Position numbers and translations under genes: made by a program. From Elainellaceae cyanobacterium (GTDB taxonomy: Bacteria > Cyanobacteriota > Cyanobacteriia > CAZCXK01), in assembly GCA_051117555.1 (NCBI GenBank), contig JBNPEG010000086.1:27742-91741 (forward strand): a stretch of DNA of 64,000 nt. The letters run 5' to 3'. Of the stretch, positions 54,040 through 64,000 are shown in pieces. The number at the start of each line of letters is the position of its first letter. Positions within the stretch are counted from its first letter, which is position 1. Below the pieces are notes generated by a model that worked only from the letters and a program-made list of their open reading frames with translations, searched no databases and was not told the DNA's origin.

Positions 54040-54762
54040 ATGAAAAAGGTGGAAATATTATCGGACAAGAGTGCCTTGGTTCAGCGATCGCTCGACGTGG
54101 TGCTCAAACACATCCAGGCGGCGATCGCCAAACGGGGACGATGCTCCATTGCTCTAGCGGGAGGCAGTACACCTAAACCCTTGTATGAATCGTTGGCGAC
54201 CCAGTCGTTGCCGTGGGATGCACTGCACATTTTTTGGGGGGATGAGCGATATGTGCCGTCTGATCATCCCGATAGCAATGAAAGAATGGCTCGCATGGCT
54301 TGGCTCGATCGGGTACCTATCCCGCCTGACAACATTCATCCAGTGCCGACCGATGCCCCGGAACCGTCGCAAGCGGCTGACCAGTATGAGGCAGAGATTC
54401 GAGACGTCTTTGAAACTCAGCCGGGAGCCTATCCGGCCTTAGACATTGTGCTTCTCGGAATGGGCGATGATGGACATACGGCGTCCCTGTTTCCCCACAC
54501 GGCGGCATTAGACGTGAGCGATCGCCTGATCACGGTTGGCAATAAAGATGGTCAACCTCGTATCACATTCACAGCGCCGTTTATCAACTATGCCCACTGC
54601 GTCATCTTTTTAGTCGCAGGTGCTAATAAGCGCCCGGCTTTAGCTCAGGTTTTTGCCCCCGAGGGGGATGCGACGGCGTATCCATCCCGGTTGATTCGAC
54701 CGCAAGGCGACCTGTGGTGGTTACTAGACGCCGATGCAGGTCAAGATATGCAGGGTATATAA
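54040..54762 (+). CDS. pgl: 6-phosphogluconolactonase
   Basis: LAGGSTP, FWGDERYVP..HPDSN, LLGMGDDGHTASLFP, RITFT. Confidence 0.96.
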   Translation: MKKVEILSDKSALVQRSLDVVLKHIQAAIAKRGRCSIALAGGSTPKPLYESLATQSLPWDALHIFWGDERYVPSDHPDSNERMARMAWLDRVPIPPDNIHPVPTDAPEPSQAADQYEAEIRDVFETQPGAYPALDIVLLGMGDDGHTASLFPHTAALDVSDRLITVGNKDGQPRITFTAPFINYAHCVIFLVAGANKRPALAQVFAPEGDATAYPSRLIRPQGDLWWLLDADAGQDMQGI

Positions 54763-55013
54763 CTGTTCTGGGTGGTCTGCTATATGACAGACGGAGGCAT
54801 CTTCAGGTTTAAAGCTCAATGGCGTGTGAATACATAGATGTTGAATAGTACGAGATTCACTACCTTAAAATCCAGATGTCCTAAAATCACCAGAAATCAC
54901 CAGACATTTGAAATCACCTAACATTTGAACAATGCATCAGTCTAATGCTTGGTGTGATTTGAGTCGAATATCCATCTACTTTAGATTCGACAAATTCGAC
55001 ATACCATTGAACT

Positions 55014-55065
55014 GTCGGATTCATAAATCGGATTCATAAGTCGGATTCATAAGTCGAATTCATAA
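55014..55065. repeat. Tandem repeat, 4 x 13 bp (GTCGGATTCATAA)
   Basis: Directly visible; additional AAATCACC(A/T) repeats at ~54884-54928. Confidence 0.9.
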
Positions 55066-55133
55066 CAGGACATTAAAATTCAGTCACTCCAAGTATCTAG
55101 TTTTTATGATGGAGGCAACGAAGGGAAGCCAGC

Positions 55134-55865
55134 ATGATTGTTTGTCCGAACTGTAATCACCAGAATCCCGATGCAGCGGTTCAATGTGAAGCCTGCTACA
55201 CGCCTCTTCCTGCCATGATGAATTGTCCAAATTGCGGCTCAGGCGTGCAGTCAGATGCCAGTTTTTGTGGGCAGTGCGGGTTTAATTTAAAGACATCAGC
55301 AGGAGCCGGATCACCTGCTAATCCATCGTCGCCGGGGCAACTAGATTCCCCCGATTGGGAGGTGCCCGATCTGATTTCGCCAGATCCGCTAGAGGTGCCT
55401 GAGCCTCTGCTCAGCAATGCGCCGGCCCAGTCGCCTTCACCGCCCGCACCTGTTGAACAAACGGCTCCTACGGTTGCGCCTCCGGCTGCCTCTAACTTCT
55501 CAGAGTCGGGCAATGTAACGAGCACCAAGCTTCAGACTCATACAGCCCGGCTGATTCATATTCGCACGGACACACCTATTGAAATTCCGCCTCATTTGTC
55601 AGTTGTCCATATTGGTAAACCGAACGATCGAGTTCCTCCTGATATTGATGTTTCAGGATTTCCCGATTCTGAGGTGGTGTCGCGTGTTCATGCTGATATT
55701 CGAATAGAGGCTGGTATTCACTATATCGAAGATGTGGGTAGCTCAAATGGTACATATATCAACAATATCGCGTTGCCAATGGGCAATCGCCATCGATTGC
55801 GCCCGGGCGATCGCATTGCATTGGGGAAGGGAGACAAGGTATCGTTCTTGTTTCAGCTGTCGTGA
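55134..55865 (+). CDS. Double zinc ribbon plus FHA domain protein
   Basis: CPNC..CEAC, CPNC..CGQC; FHA IGK..VSRVHA..DVGSSNGTY. Confidence 0.92.
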   Translation: MIVCPNCNHQNPDAAVQCEACYTPLPAMMNCPNCGSGVQSDASFCGQCGFNLKTSAGAGSPANPSSPGQLDSPDWEVPDLISPDPLEVPEPLLSNAPAQSPSPPAPVEQTAPTVAPPAASNFSESGNVTSTKLQTHTARLIHIRTDTPIEIPPHLSVVHIGKPNDRVPPDIDVSGFPDSEVVSRVHADIRIEAGIHYIEDVGSSNGTYINNIALPMGNRHRLRPGDRIALGKGDKVSFLFQLS

Positions 55866-56088
55866 GTGAATCGTTGATATGAGCCTCGAAGAGATTAATA
55901 TCAACATCGATTATTCATCAATACTTTCTCATCCCATGCCAATGCTTTCCTTAAATAACAGAAAATTGCGGATTGGTTGCCCGTTGGCGCACCTTAGCGA
56001 TTAAGATATAGAGCAGTTTTACGCTGTAGCTTTCCTAACAAGTGTTCTCTCTCTCAGCGCCGTAATCGTCAAATTCCCCATTATCGGT

Positions 56089-57606
56089 GTGATTACCCTA
56101 TTACTCCTACATCCCCTCAAAAGAACCCCAGTTCAGGTTTGGCCCTTTGAGAATGAGTCAGTGATTCGCATTGGTCGGTCGACTGATAATCAGGTCATTC
56201 TCTATAGCGCTGTGGTGTCACGCCATCATGTCGAGTTGCGTCAGGTAGGAAGTGGTTGGGAAGTCGAAAATCTAGGAACCAATGGAACCTACCTGGATGG
56301 AAAGCGCATTACAAAAGTTCCGGTTGCGGATGGAGCAATTATTCGCCTGGCACGGTCTGGTCCTAACATTCAAATTCGGATTGGATCAGAAGCTCTGCAA
56401 GATCTTCCTGAGAATCTTCAAGGCGATCGCACGATGAGTCAGCGCTTTGACGCACCGCCTACAGAAACTGAAATCAATAATCTCCCCCATGCAAAGCAGA
56501 CCAAGCCATTAGAGCCGAGCGAGTCTGCATCAAATGACTCCAATCAGTCGTTTGGGGCAATGGGGACAATCCCGGTTCCGTCTCATCTGCGTCTGTCAGC
56601 AGATATGTTGACTGGCGTTGCATCCGGAGTGGGAGCCTCCTCTCCGTCTACGTCAGCTAGAATGGTTTCTGATCTGGGAGCTTCGGCTAATGCGGCGGCG
56701 TCACGGTCATCCCGACTGCCTCGGCACAGGGTTAATCCTCAGCGCGATCGCCCGCTGCAAACCTTGCAAACCATCGGTAATTATCAGATTTTACAAGTCT
56801 TAGGACAGGGCGACATCGGCGTTACGTATCTAGCTTGGCACGAGGGCAAACAGCTTGTTCTGAAGACGCTGAGTTCAGAATGGCTCCAGCATTCGAGAGC
56901 CCAAGCTGCGCTGGAATATGAGGCAGAACTGCTGCGACAGCTCTGTCATCCTCAGATTCCGCAATTTTTTGATTTTTTCTTGATGGCAGGTCGACCGTAT
57001 CTCGCTATGGAGATGATACCGGGTGAAAATCTAGCGCGACGGATTGCGACAACTGGGCCTATATCACCTGCCTGTGCGATCGATTGGATGCTTGAAATTT
57101 GCAATATTCTAGAGTATCTGCATGGTTTCAACCCGCCCATTTTGCACCGAAATATTGAGCCTGCCAACTTGATTGACCGAAGCAAGACGCTGCCTCAAGA
57201 CACGTCGCCTCATGACTCCACACGGGTAGATGGCTTAAACGATCTAGCACTTGTCGGATTGGGTACCGCCAAGGCAGTCATTTTAGGGCAGCAAACGCCT
57301 GCAGGCTCAACCGGGTACAGCGCACCCGACCAGCTCGAAATTAATGCCTCTCCTGCCGTTGACCTCTATTCTCTGGGGCCGACGTTTGCCTATCTGTTAA
57401 CCGGGCAAGGTCCAGTTTCGTTTTGCCACGATGGCATCCACGGGCATCAGTTTTGTGCAGAATCTATTCCATCTGGGTCACCCGGCATTACAAACATTAT
57501 TCGCAAGCTGACTCATTCATCGGTAGACCATCGCTATCCTTCGGTTTCAGCCGTCGCGGATGATCTGCGCGATGTCGCTGCCCAGCTAGAGTCGGTTCAG
57601 ACATGA
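56089..57606 (+). CDS. FHA domain plus Ser/Thr kinase-fold protein (probable pseudokinase)
   Basis: FHA IGRS..VSRHH..GTNGTY; kinase GQGDIG, VLK, but HRNIEPAN and VGLG in place of HRDxKPxN and DFG. Confidence 0.85.
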   Translation: MITLLLLHPLKRTPVQVWPFENESVIRIGRSTDNQVILYSAVVSRHHVELRQVGSGWEVENLGTNGTYLDGKRITKVPVADGAIIRLARSGPNIQIRIGSEALQDLPENLQGDRTMSQRFDAPPTETEINNLPHAKQTKPLEPSESASNDSNQSFGAMGTIPVPSHLRLSADMLTGVASGVGASSPSTSARMVSDLGASANAAASRSSRLPRHRVNPQRDRPLQTLQTIGNYQILQVLGQGDIGVTYLAWHEGKQLVLKTLSSEWLQHSRAQAALEYEAELLRQLCHPQIPQFFDFFLMAGRPYLAMEMIPGENLARRIATTGPISPACAIDWMLEICNILEYLHGFNPPILHRNIEPANLIDRSKTLPQDTSPHDSTRVDGLNDLALVGLGTAKAVILGQQTPAGSTGYSAPDQLEINASPAVDLYSLGPTFAYLLTGQGPVSFCHDGIHGHQFCAESIPSGSPGITNIIRKLTHSSVDHRYPSVSAVADDLRDVAAQLESVQT

Positions 57607-57639
57607 CATCTCGGGACATCGCAGGGTGGAGAATACGAC

Positions 57640-58161
57640 ATGACTGATCAAGCGCAGTTGATTCCAATTAGCATTTCAGTTTTAACGGTTTCTGATACGC
57701 GCACAGATGACACTGATACGTCGGGCAAATTTTTGTGCGATCGCCTCCTGGAAGCGGGTCATCATCTCGCCGAGAAAGCCATCGTACCTGACAACATCTA
57801 CAAAATTCGGGAAATTGTCTCTCGATGGATTGTGGATGAGCAAGTTCAGGTGATTGTTACGACAGGGGGAACTGGGCTAACGGGTCGAGACGGAACACCC
57901 GAAGCAATTTATCCTCTACTTGATAAAGAAATTCAGGGGTTTGGCGAAATCTTTCGGATGATTTCTTACCAAGAAATCAAAACCTCAACCATTCAATCGC
58001 GAGCCTTGGCAGGAGTTGCGAATGGTACGTATATCTTTTGCTTGCCTGGTTCGTCAGGAGCCTGTCGCACGGGATGGGACTTTCTCATCAAAGATCAGTT
58101 AGATAGTCGCAATTCACCCTGCAATTTGACAGAATTAATGCCCCGCTTACGAGAAATCTAG
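57640..58161 (+). CDS. moaB: Molybdenum cofactor biosynthesis protein B
   Basis: LTVSDTR..D.SG, TTGGTGLTGRDGTPEA, GFGE.FR, LPGS. Confidence 0.93.
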   Translation: MTDQAQLIPISISVLTVSDTRTDDTDTSGKFLCDRLLEAGHHLAEKAIVPDNIYKIREIVSRWIVDEQVQVIVTTGGTGLTGRDGTPEAIYPLLDKEIQGFGEIFRMISYQEIKTSTIQSRALAGVANGTYIFCLPGSSGACRTGWDFLIKDQLDSRNSPCNLTELMPRLREI

Positions 58162-58192
58162 GTTTATAGGACATCTCTACGGTAGATACAAC

Positions 58193-58822
58193 ATGATAGA
58201 CACGACTATGTTTGGGCTGTTTCTCACCGCGGCAATTATGTTAGCCATTACCCCAGGCCCAGGGATTTTTTATGTGTTGACACGTAGTCTCAAGGGAGGA
58301 CGGGCAGAAGGATTCGCGTCATCGATTGGAACCGCTATAGGCGGATATGCTCACGTTGTCGCAGCGGCATTGGGAGTGTCTGCAATTCTTGCTACCTCAT
58401 CGATTGCGTTTGCGATCGTCAAGTATGCAGGCGCGGCTTATCTAATTTATTTGGGCGTTTGCACATTGATGAGGGGCGATCGCCCCTTATCCGATGTCGA
58501 ATCATCCACGAGTACACCGCTCGATGCATTTCGACAGGGAGTTGTCACTGAGCTATTGAATCCCAAAACAGCGCTATTTTTTCTAGCATTTATTCCTCAG
58601 TTCATCGATCCTGCTGAGAACGTTGGGCTTCAGTTTATATTACTCGGTAGCATTTCGGTGCTCTTAAATACCAGCGCCGATATTGGGGTCGCTCTATTGG
58701 CAGGCCCCATTGGCGAATGGTTGCGTCACAAGGGTCGGTTTCGCCATCGACAACGGCTATTTACTGGGTGGTCGCTGATTGGGCTAGGTGCTTATGTAGC
58801 AGTTGCTGATAACCGTCGCTAG
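58193..58822 (+). CDS. LysE/RhtB family translocator
   Basis: TPGPG, KYAGAAYLIYLG, FRQG..LLNPKTALFF. Confidence 0.93.
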   Translation: MIDTTMFGLFLTAAIMLAITPGPGIFYVLTRSLKGGRAEGFASSIGTAIGGYAHVVAAALGVSAILATSSIAFAIVKYAGAAYLIYLGVCTLMRGDRPLSDVESSTSTPLDAFRQGVVTELLNPKTALFFLAFIPQFIDPAENVGLQFILLGSISVLLNTSADIGVALLAGPIGEWLRHKGRFRHRQRLFTGWSLIGLGAYVAVADNRR

Positions 58823-59475
58823 GAAATTTTATTGTCGGGTGCTGACCATGCGGCTTGAAAGAAATCTAGCTCACACTGCATTGCATAGCGATAGACCGAT
58901 CGCACGGTTTGAGTATCGGTTGCATATCGATGAGCAAGCTCAGCCAATTGACTGACAAGCGGCTAAAAATCAGCGCTGCTATAGGTGCGAATCCAGTCTG
59001 AATAGCGATGATCAGGAATGTGAGGATGAGCGAGTTCTTGCCCTAAAAAGGCATAGAGCCGCATACATGGCAGCATTGCACAGGCGGTTATGCCAACATC
59101 TTGACTCCAGGCAGTTGCTAATAAAAAGTCGGTATAGTGTCGAGCCGCGGTGCCTGGTTTGATGGTTTGAATATCAACTCCCCAGTCTGAGGCATAGCCT
59201 TGGTGGAGCGTAAGCTCCTCTAGTACGCCAGTTGCAAGCTCATGGAAAACGCTAAATCCTTGCCAATCGGGCGCTTTTGCAGCAGCAATGCTGTAAGCCC
59301 GCGCAAATGCTTCTAAAAAGAAAGCATCTTGCCCAACATAATAAGCAAATGTTTCACGAGGCAGCGTTCCATCGCGAATTCCCTGAACAAACGAGTGTTC
59401 GAGGCAGGCGATCGCCAAATCTTGATTACTATTCCACAGAATGTCAGCCAGCGTCGTTAAAACCATGTCTCCCAT
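58819..59475 (-). pseudogene. tenA: TenA family (thiaminase II-like) gene with in-frame TAG at 58963-58965
   Basis: HSFVQGIRDG.L..FAYYVGQD.FFL, PCMRLY, YSDWIRTY; the frame resumes after TAG with YRYAMQCELDFFQAAW to a stop at 58819. Confidence 0.8.
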
Positions 59476-59522
59476 TTAATGATTTGGGCTAGTGTCTGAA
59501 TTCCAGACTCAATCCCTCCAAA

Positions 59523-59545
59523 CAAAAAGGGGGCAATGCCCCCCG
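59523..59545 (-). terminator. Intrinsic terminator after prk
   Basis: Minus strand GGGGGC-ATT-GCCCCC-TTTTTG. Confidence 0.75.
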
Positions 59546-59570
59546 TAGACCCTTAAACCAATAAAGACGG

Positions 59571-60575
59571 CTATACTTTAGCAGCCACTCTTGCGTCCTT
59601 ACTCATAATCCGCTCATAAGTTGCCCGCATTTTCAATCCAACTAAAACCTGAAATAGACCTGTTCCGTTGTTTGATCCCGGATATTCCCTATGCTGGAGC
59701 AAAAGCTCTGTCATCTCGCCATAAAACTTGGTGGACGTATTACTGAGATGATTTTCGATGTAAATCATTTCCTCAAGTCGATCAAACTGCCCATCGACCT
59801 CTAATACTGAAACATTGTTTCCGTAGTAGGTGTCTGGACCATAAAACATCCGAATCCCCGGATACGAGCAGGTTAGCTTCCGTCCACACGGAATCCAATC
59901 AATCGTCGATCCCTCATCAAACAGATAGACTGGCTCAAACCCTTCAATGTCTTCCTTCTGCATCAGGCGCACCCGCAGAACCTTGCGCTCCTTATCGTCT
60001 GGAATAAGCTTAGTCGGCAACACTTGAATGACGACATCTGCGTATTGCTTTTGAATGTCGATATATGCGTCAAAATCAGGGCGACGAGCATTGATAGACG
60101 CAAGAACATCCTCGTAACGATGTCCCCTCTCTGCCATATCGCGCTGTATTTTCCAAGCAATTTTGACTTCATCGCCGATGTCGAGATAAACGCTGAAATC
60201 AATTAGCGATCGCACCCGCTCGTCATACATGGGGTGAAGCCCCTCAATCACCACAATGCGGTTGGGATTAACCCGTTCAGGCGGATCAATCATTCCCGTC
60301 TCGTGATTATAAATGGGCTTCATAATCGATTCGCCGTCCTTCAAGGCTTTAATCTGCTCATACATCAGATCAAAATTATTTGCTTTAGGGTTCAGCGCTG
60401 TCACCCCCACCTCTTTCCGTTGTTTCCGGTCCAGACTGTGGTAATCGTCCAGGCAGATGACAGTCATAAGTTCTTCGCCGAAAAGATCTGCCAGTCGGCG
60501 CAAGAAGGTTGATTTGCCGCACCCGGAATCCCCGGCGACGCCAATTAAAACCACCCGGTCTGGCTTGCTGGTCAT
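59571..60575 (-). CDS. prk: Phosphoribulokinase
   Basis: GDSGCGKSTF, CLDDYHSLDR, KPIYNHETG, KIQRDMAERG, GSNNGTG. Confidence 0.98.
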   Translation of the reverse strand: MTSKPDRVVLIGVAGDSGCGKSTFLRRLADLFGEELMTVICLDDYHSLDRKQRKEVGVTALNPKANNFDLMYEQIKALKDGESIMKPIYNHETGMIDPPERVNPNRIVVIEGLHPMYDERVRSLIDFSVYLDIGDEVKIAWKIQRDMAERGHRYEDVLASINARRPDFDAYIDIQKQYADVVIQVLPTKLIPDDKERKVLRVRLMQKEDIEGFEPVYLFDEGSTIDWIPCGRKLTCSYPGIRMFYGPDTYYGNNVSVLEVDGQFDRLEEMIYIENHLSNTSTKFYGEMTELLLQHREYPGSNNGTGLFQVLVGLKMRATYERIMSKDARVAAKV

Positions 60576-61135
60576 TAGGCTCCCTCGTCAGTACAATAAA
60601 ACGCTTCTATAAAACACACAGCTCGATCCATTCGAGACAAAAATCAAGCTTCAATCTAGAGACAATCTCTAGAGACAACCTATTGCCACCCAATAAACGC
60701 CCAGAGAGCAAACATCTCTTGAAAGAACTGCTGCTATATCCTCAAAAGCCTGATAGGGTAGCCCTCAACAATCGTGAGGATTTTGCACAATCATGCAAAT
60801 CACATTGAATCTGCTCACTAGGTATTTAATACTAGTCAATTAAGCAGATCCTACCAGAACCCGATCCCCGCCACAAGACATGTGGTGAATTCAACCCGTT
60901 CTTATAAATATGCTAAAGGTATTGGTGACTTAAAAAAAGATGAAAGTGATTCAATGCTGACATTCTGGAAAGCGATCGCCCTTTAAGTTAAAACAAAAGC
61001 AGACAAACAATCTGCTTAATAGCCATTTGCCATCTGTCTGCAACTGCGCGGGGTATATCTGTTCGACGGTGCGATGTTAGTCTAGTACAGACTGGCTTTG
61101 CGCTTGAAACCGAAGGTTGGAGCATAGTAGGCTAA

Positions 61136-62437
<1,302 letters not shown>

Positions 62438-62463
62438 TTCTATACCAAAACCACATTTCAATT

Positions 62464-62523
62464 AGAGCAGGCAGAATTGCCCCACCCAAAGGGCACGACA
62501 TCCTTTTTGCCTGCTCTTCTTTT
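62464..62523 (+). terminator. Hairpin/terminator after petH
   Basis: AGAGCAGGCA ... TGCCTGCTCT followed by T-rich tract. Confidence 0.6.
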
Positions 62524-62525
62524 AC

Positions 62526-62615
62526 GTAGCAATTTGCGCGTCAAGTACAGAAATGGTGGTGTGGGGTACGGCACGCCCTGCACCACCGCACTTAGCCCAA
62601 GCGCAGACCGCTATA
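62526..62615. mobile_element. MITE-like element (TATAGCGG family)
   Basis: Right end reverse complement TATAGCGGTCTGCGCTTGGGCTAAGT matches TATAGCGGCATGCGCTTGGGTTAAGT at 34848. Confidence 0.55.
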
Positions 62616-62748
62616 TTTGATTGGTTTGATTGATAGGTTGGCTTTACTCTCAGCCAGGCCATTCATTTCACTCTTCTGAGAGACGTTAACAGCCTTAAGG
62701 GTTTATAAGGTTGAAGAGACGTTAATCGAATACTGAGGTGCTCAAATC

Positions 62749-63090
62749 ATGACAGACACGAGTGTCAAGAAGGTAAGCTCAGCATATTCTCCGACAGGTG
62801 AAATGGGGCAAAAATATCTGGCAGCAGGAACTAACCTGTCAATGCGGATGTGGGAAAATGAACAACCTGCCGAGCCTAAGCCCGCCACTCGACGGGACTA
62901 TGAAACGGTCGGATATGTGATTCAGGGGCGTGCTGAACTTCACCTGGAAGGTCAAACCGTTTTATTAGAACCTGGTGACTCTTGGGTGGTTCCGCAAGGC
63001 GCATCTCACACGTATAAAATTTTGGAGCCTTTGACAGCGGTTGAAGCAACGAGCCCACCCGCGATGGCCCATGGCCGCGACCAGGTATGA
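62749..63090 (+). CDS. Cupin domain protein
   Basis: G.MGQKYLA.G, YETVGYVI.G.AEL, L.PGDSW.VP.GA.H.Y; GAGG RBS. Confidence 0.9.
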   Translation: MTDTSVKKVSSAYSPTGEMGQKYLAAGTNLSMRMWENEQPAEPKPATRRDYETVGYVIQGRAELHLEGQTVLLEPGDSWVVPQGASHTYKILEPLTAVEATSPPAMAHGRDQV

Positions 63091-63206
63091 TGTCGCCGGT
63101 TTTGGCTCAAACAATCCACTACGGTTGATTCAGCGTTTTATTAGGCTAAGGGGGTTCTGATATTTTTCATCCCATTTGAACGCACCATTACCTAATCAGC
63201 TCAATA

Positions 63207-63907
63207 ATGCTCATTGAGTCCAAGCTTTTACATAGCTTCGAAGAAAACAGTCCTCCATTTGGATCCCAAAACGAGGCAGGTTATAATCGCTGGTTAGAAG
63301 ATTTAAGGCTTTTCATGGCTCAAAAGGGTATACCCGATTGCTTACTGGGTGTAAAAGAGCATAACTATACTAAAGGTGTTTGCATTGAATGTGGCGTTAG
63401 GCTCCTAGAAATCACTGGATGGAGTGGTTTTAGAGTCAAAAGCTGCTCCAATAGTGAATGTGGTGCAATCATTTCTGCGATCGCTCTACTTGCCCTCACT
63501 GCAAAAAGAAGCAAGAGACAAGTTTAATCAGCTTAGTCAATCGAGCTTATTTCTTGCTGATTGAGCCGATTCGGGTTTTCCTGTTCAGTCAACGCCCAGG
63601 AGGCATATCGTTTTCTGAACAGATAATTCTTTGGCTGTCAACCGCGCTAGGTGTAACCTTCAGTACTTATATACGAAGAGGGGTTTCTTTAGATTTGTCT
63701 AGTGTTCAAGTCAATGACTTTTTAGCTGCTCTACTCATCAGCCTGATCATATTGCCTTCAATTATCAAAGAGCCTAAATTCTTAAATCCTGAAACACCTT
63801 TCGCTTTTCGTTTGAGTTTAGCTGTTCAAAGAGGGGTATTTTCTGACTTAATAGTAGAGGGATTGGAAAAAAGTAGGATCTTCCGGAATTCCCGTGGTAC
63901 CCCCTAG
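63207..63907 (+). pseudogene. Zinc-ribbon plus membrane protein split by -1 frameshift near 63477
   Basis: ORF1 ends ..CSNSECGAIIS and ORF2 (-1 frame) continues DRSTCPHC.. then TMs; joining them restores a CxxxxC-x9-CPHC zinc ribbon. Confidence 0.55.
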
Positions 63908-64000
63908 ATGTAGTGGATACTAGGTGAAGCCAAATTTCTCATACCCATCGAGGTCGAGGGAGAGTCGCTGAAACATCGTTTTCACGTCAAAGATGCCATA

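Noticed and set aside
55014..55065. Tandem arrays here and at 21469 as CRISPR
   Set aside because: No spacers; units only 13-14 bp
59476..59570. TPP riboswitch upstream of tenA
   Set aside because: No CTGAGA or other TPP core; the region is mainly the prk terminator

Overview
Core-chromosome segment of a cyanobacterium, probably filamentous (inferred from dense HIP1 GCGATCGC octamers, prk, CpcD-domain petH, and hpsJ/tftA-like genes). About 50 housekeeping and metabolic genes are present: xfp, D-LDH, cofH, map, queA, dnaG, murB/murC, nadD, gap2, purF/purL, ftsY, nusB, pgl, moaB, prk, petH, and the SSADH plus 2-oxoglutarate decarboxylase TCA bypass. Intergenic spaces carry many MITE/REP-like elements, several with clear terminal inverted repeats (TIRs) and target-site duplications (TSDs). 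Most notable: (1) a ~200-nt multi-stem candidate RNA just upstream of the SSADH-OGDC operon; (2) a divergent module with two NtcA boxes, an Amt with an altered substrate site, a small membrane partner and a papain-like Cys hydrolase; (3) tenA interrupted by an in-frame TAG; (4) a gene frameshifted at or next to a HIP1 site, followed by a single CRISPR-repeat-like sequence at the window edge; (5) an FHA-domain pseudokinase. No tRNA, rRNA, transposase or cas gene was seen. All calls are by-eye motif recognition without database searches.
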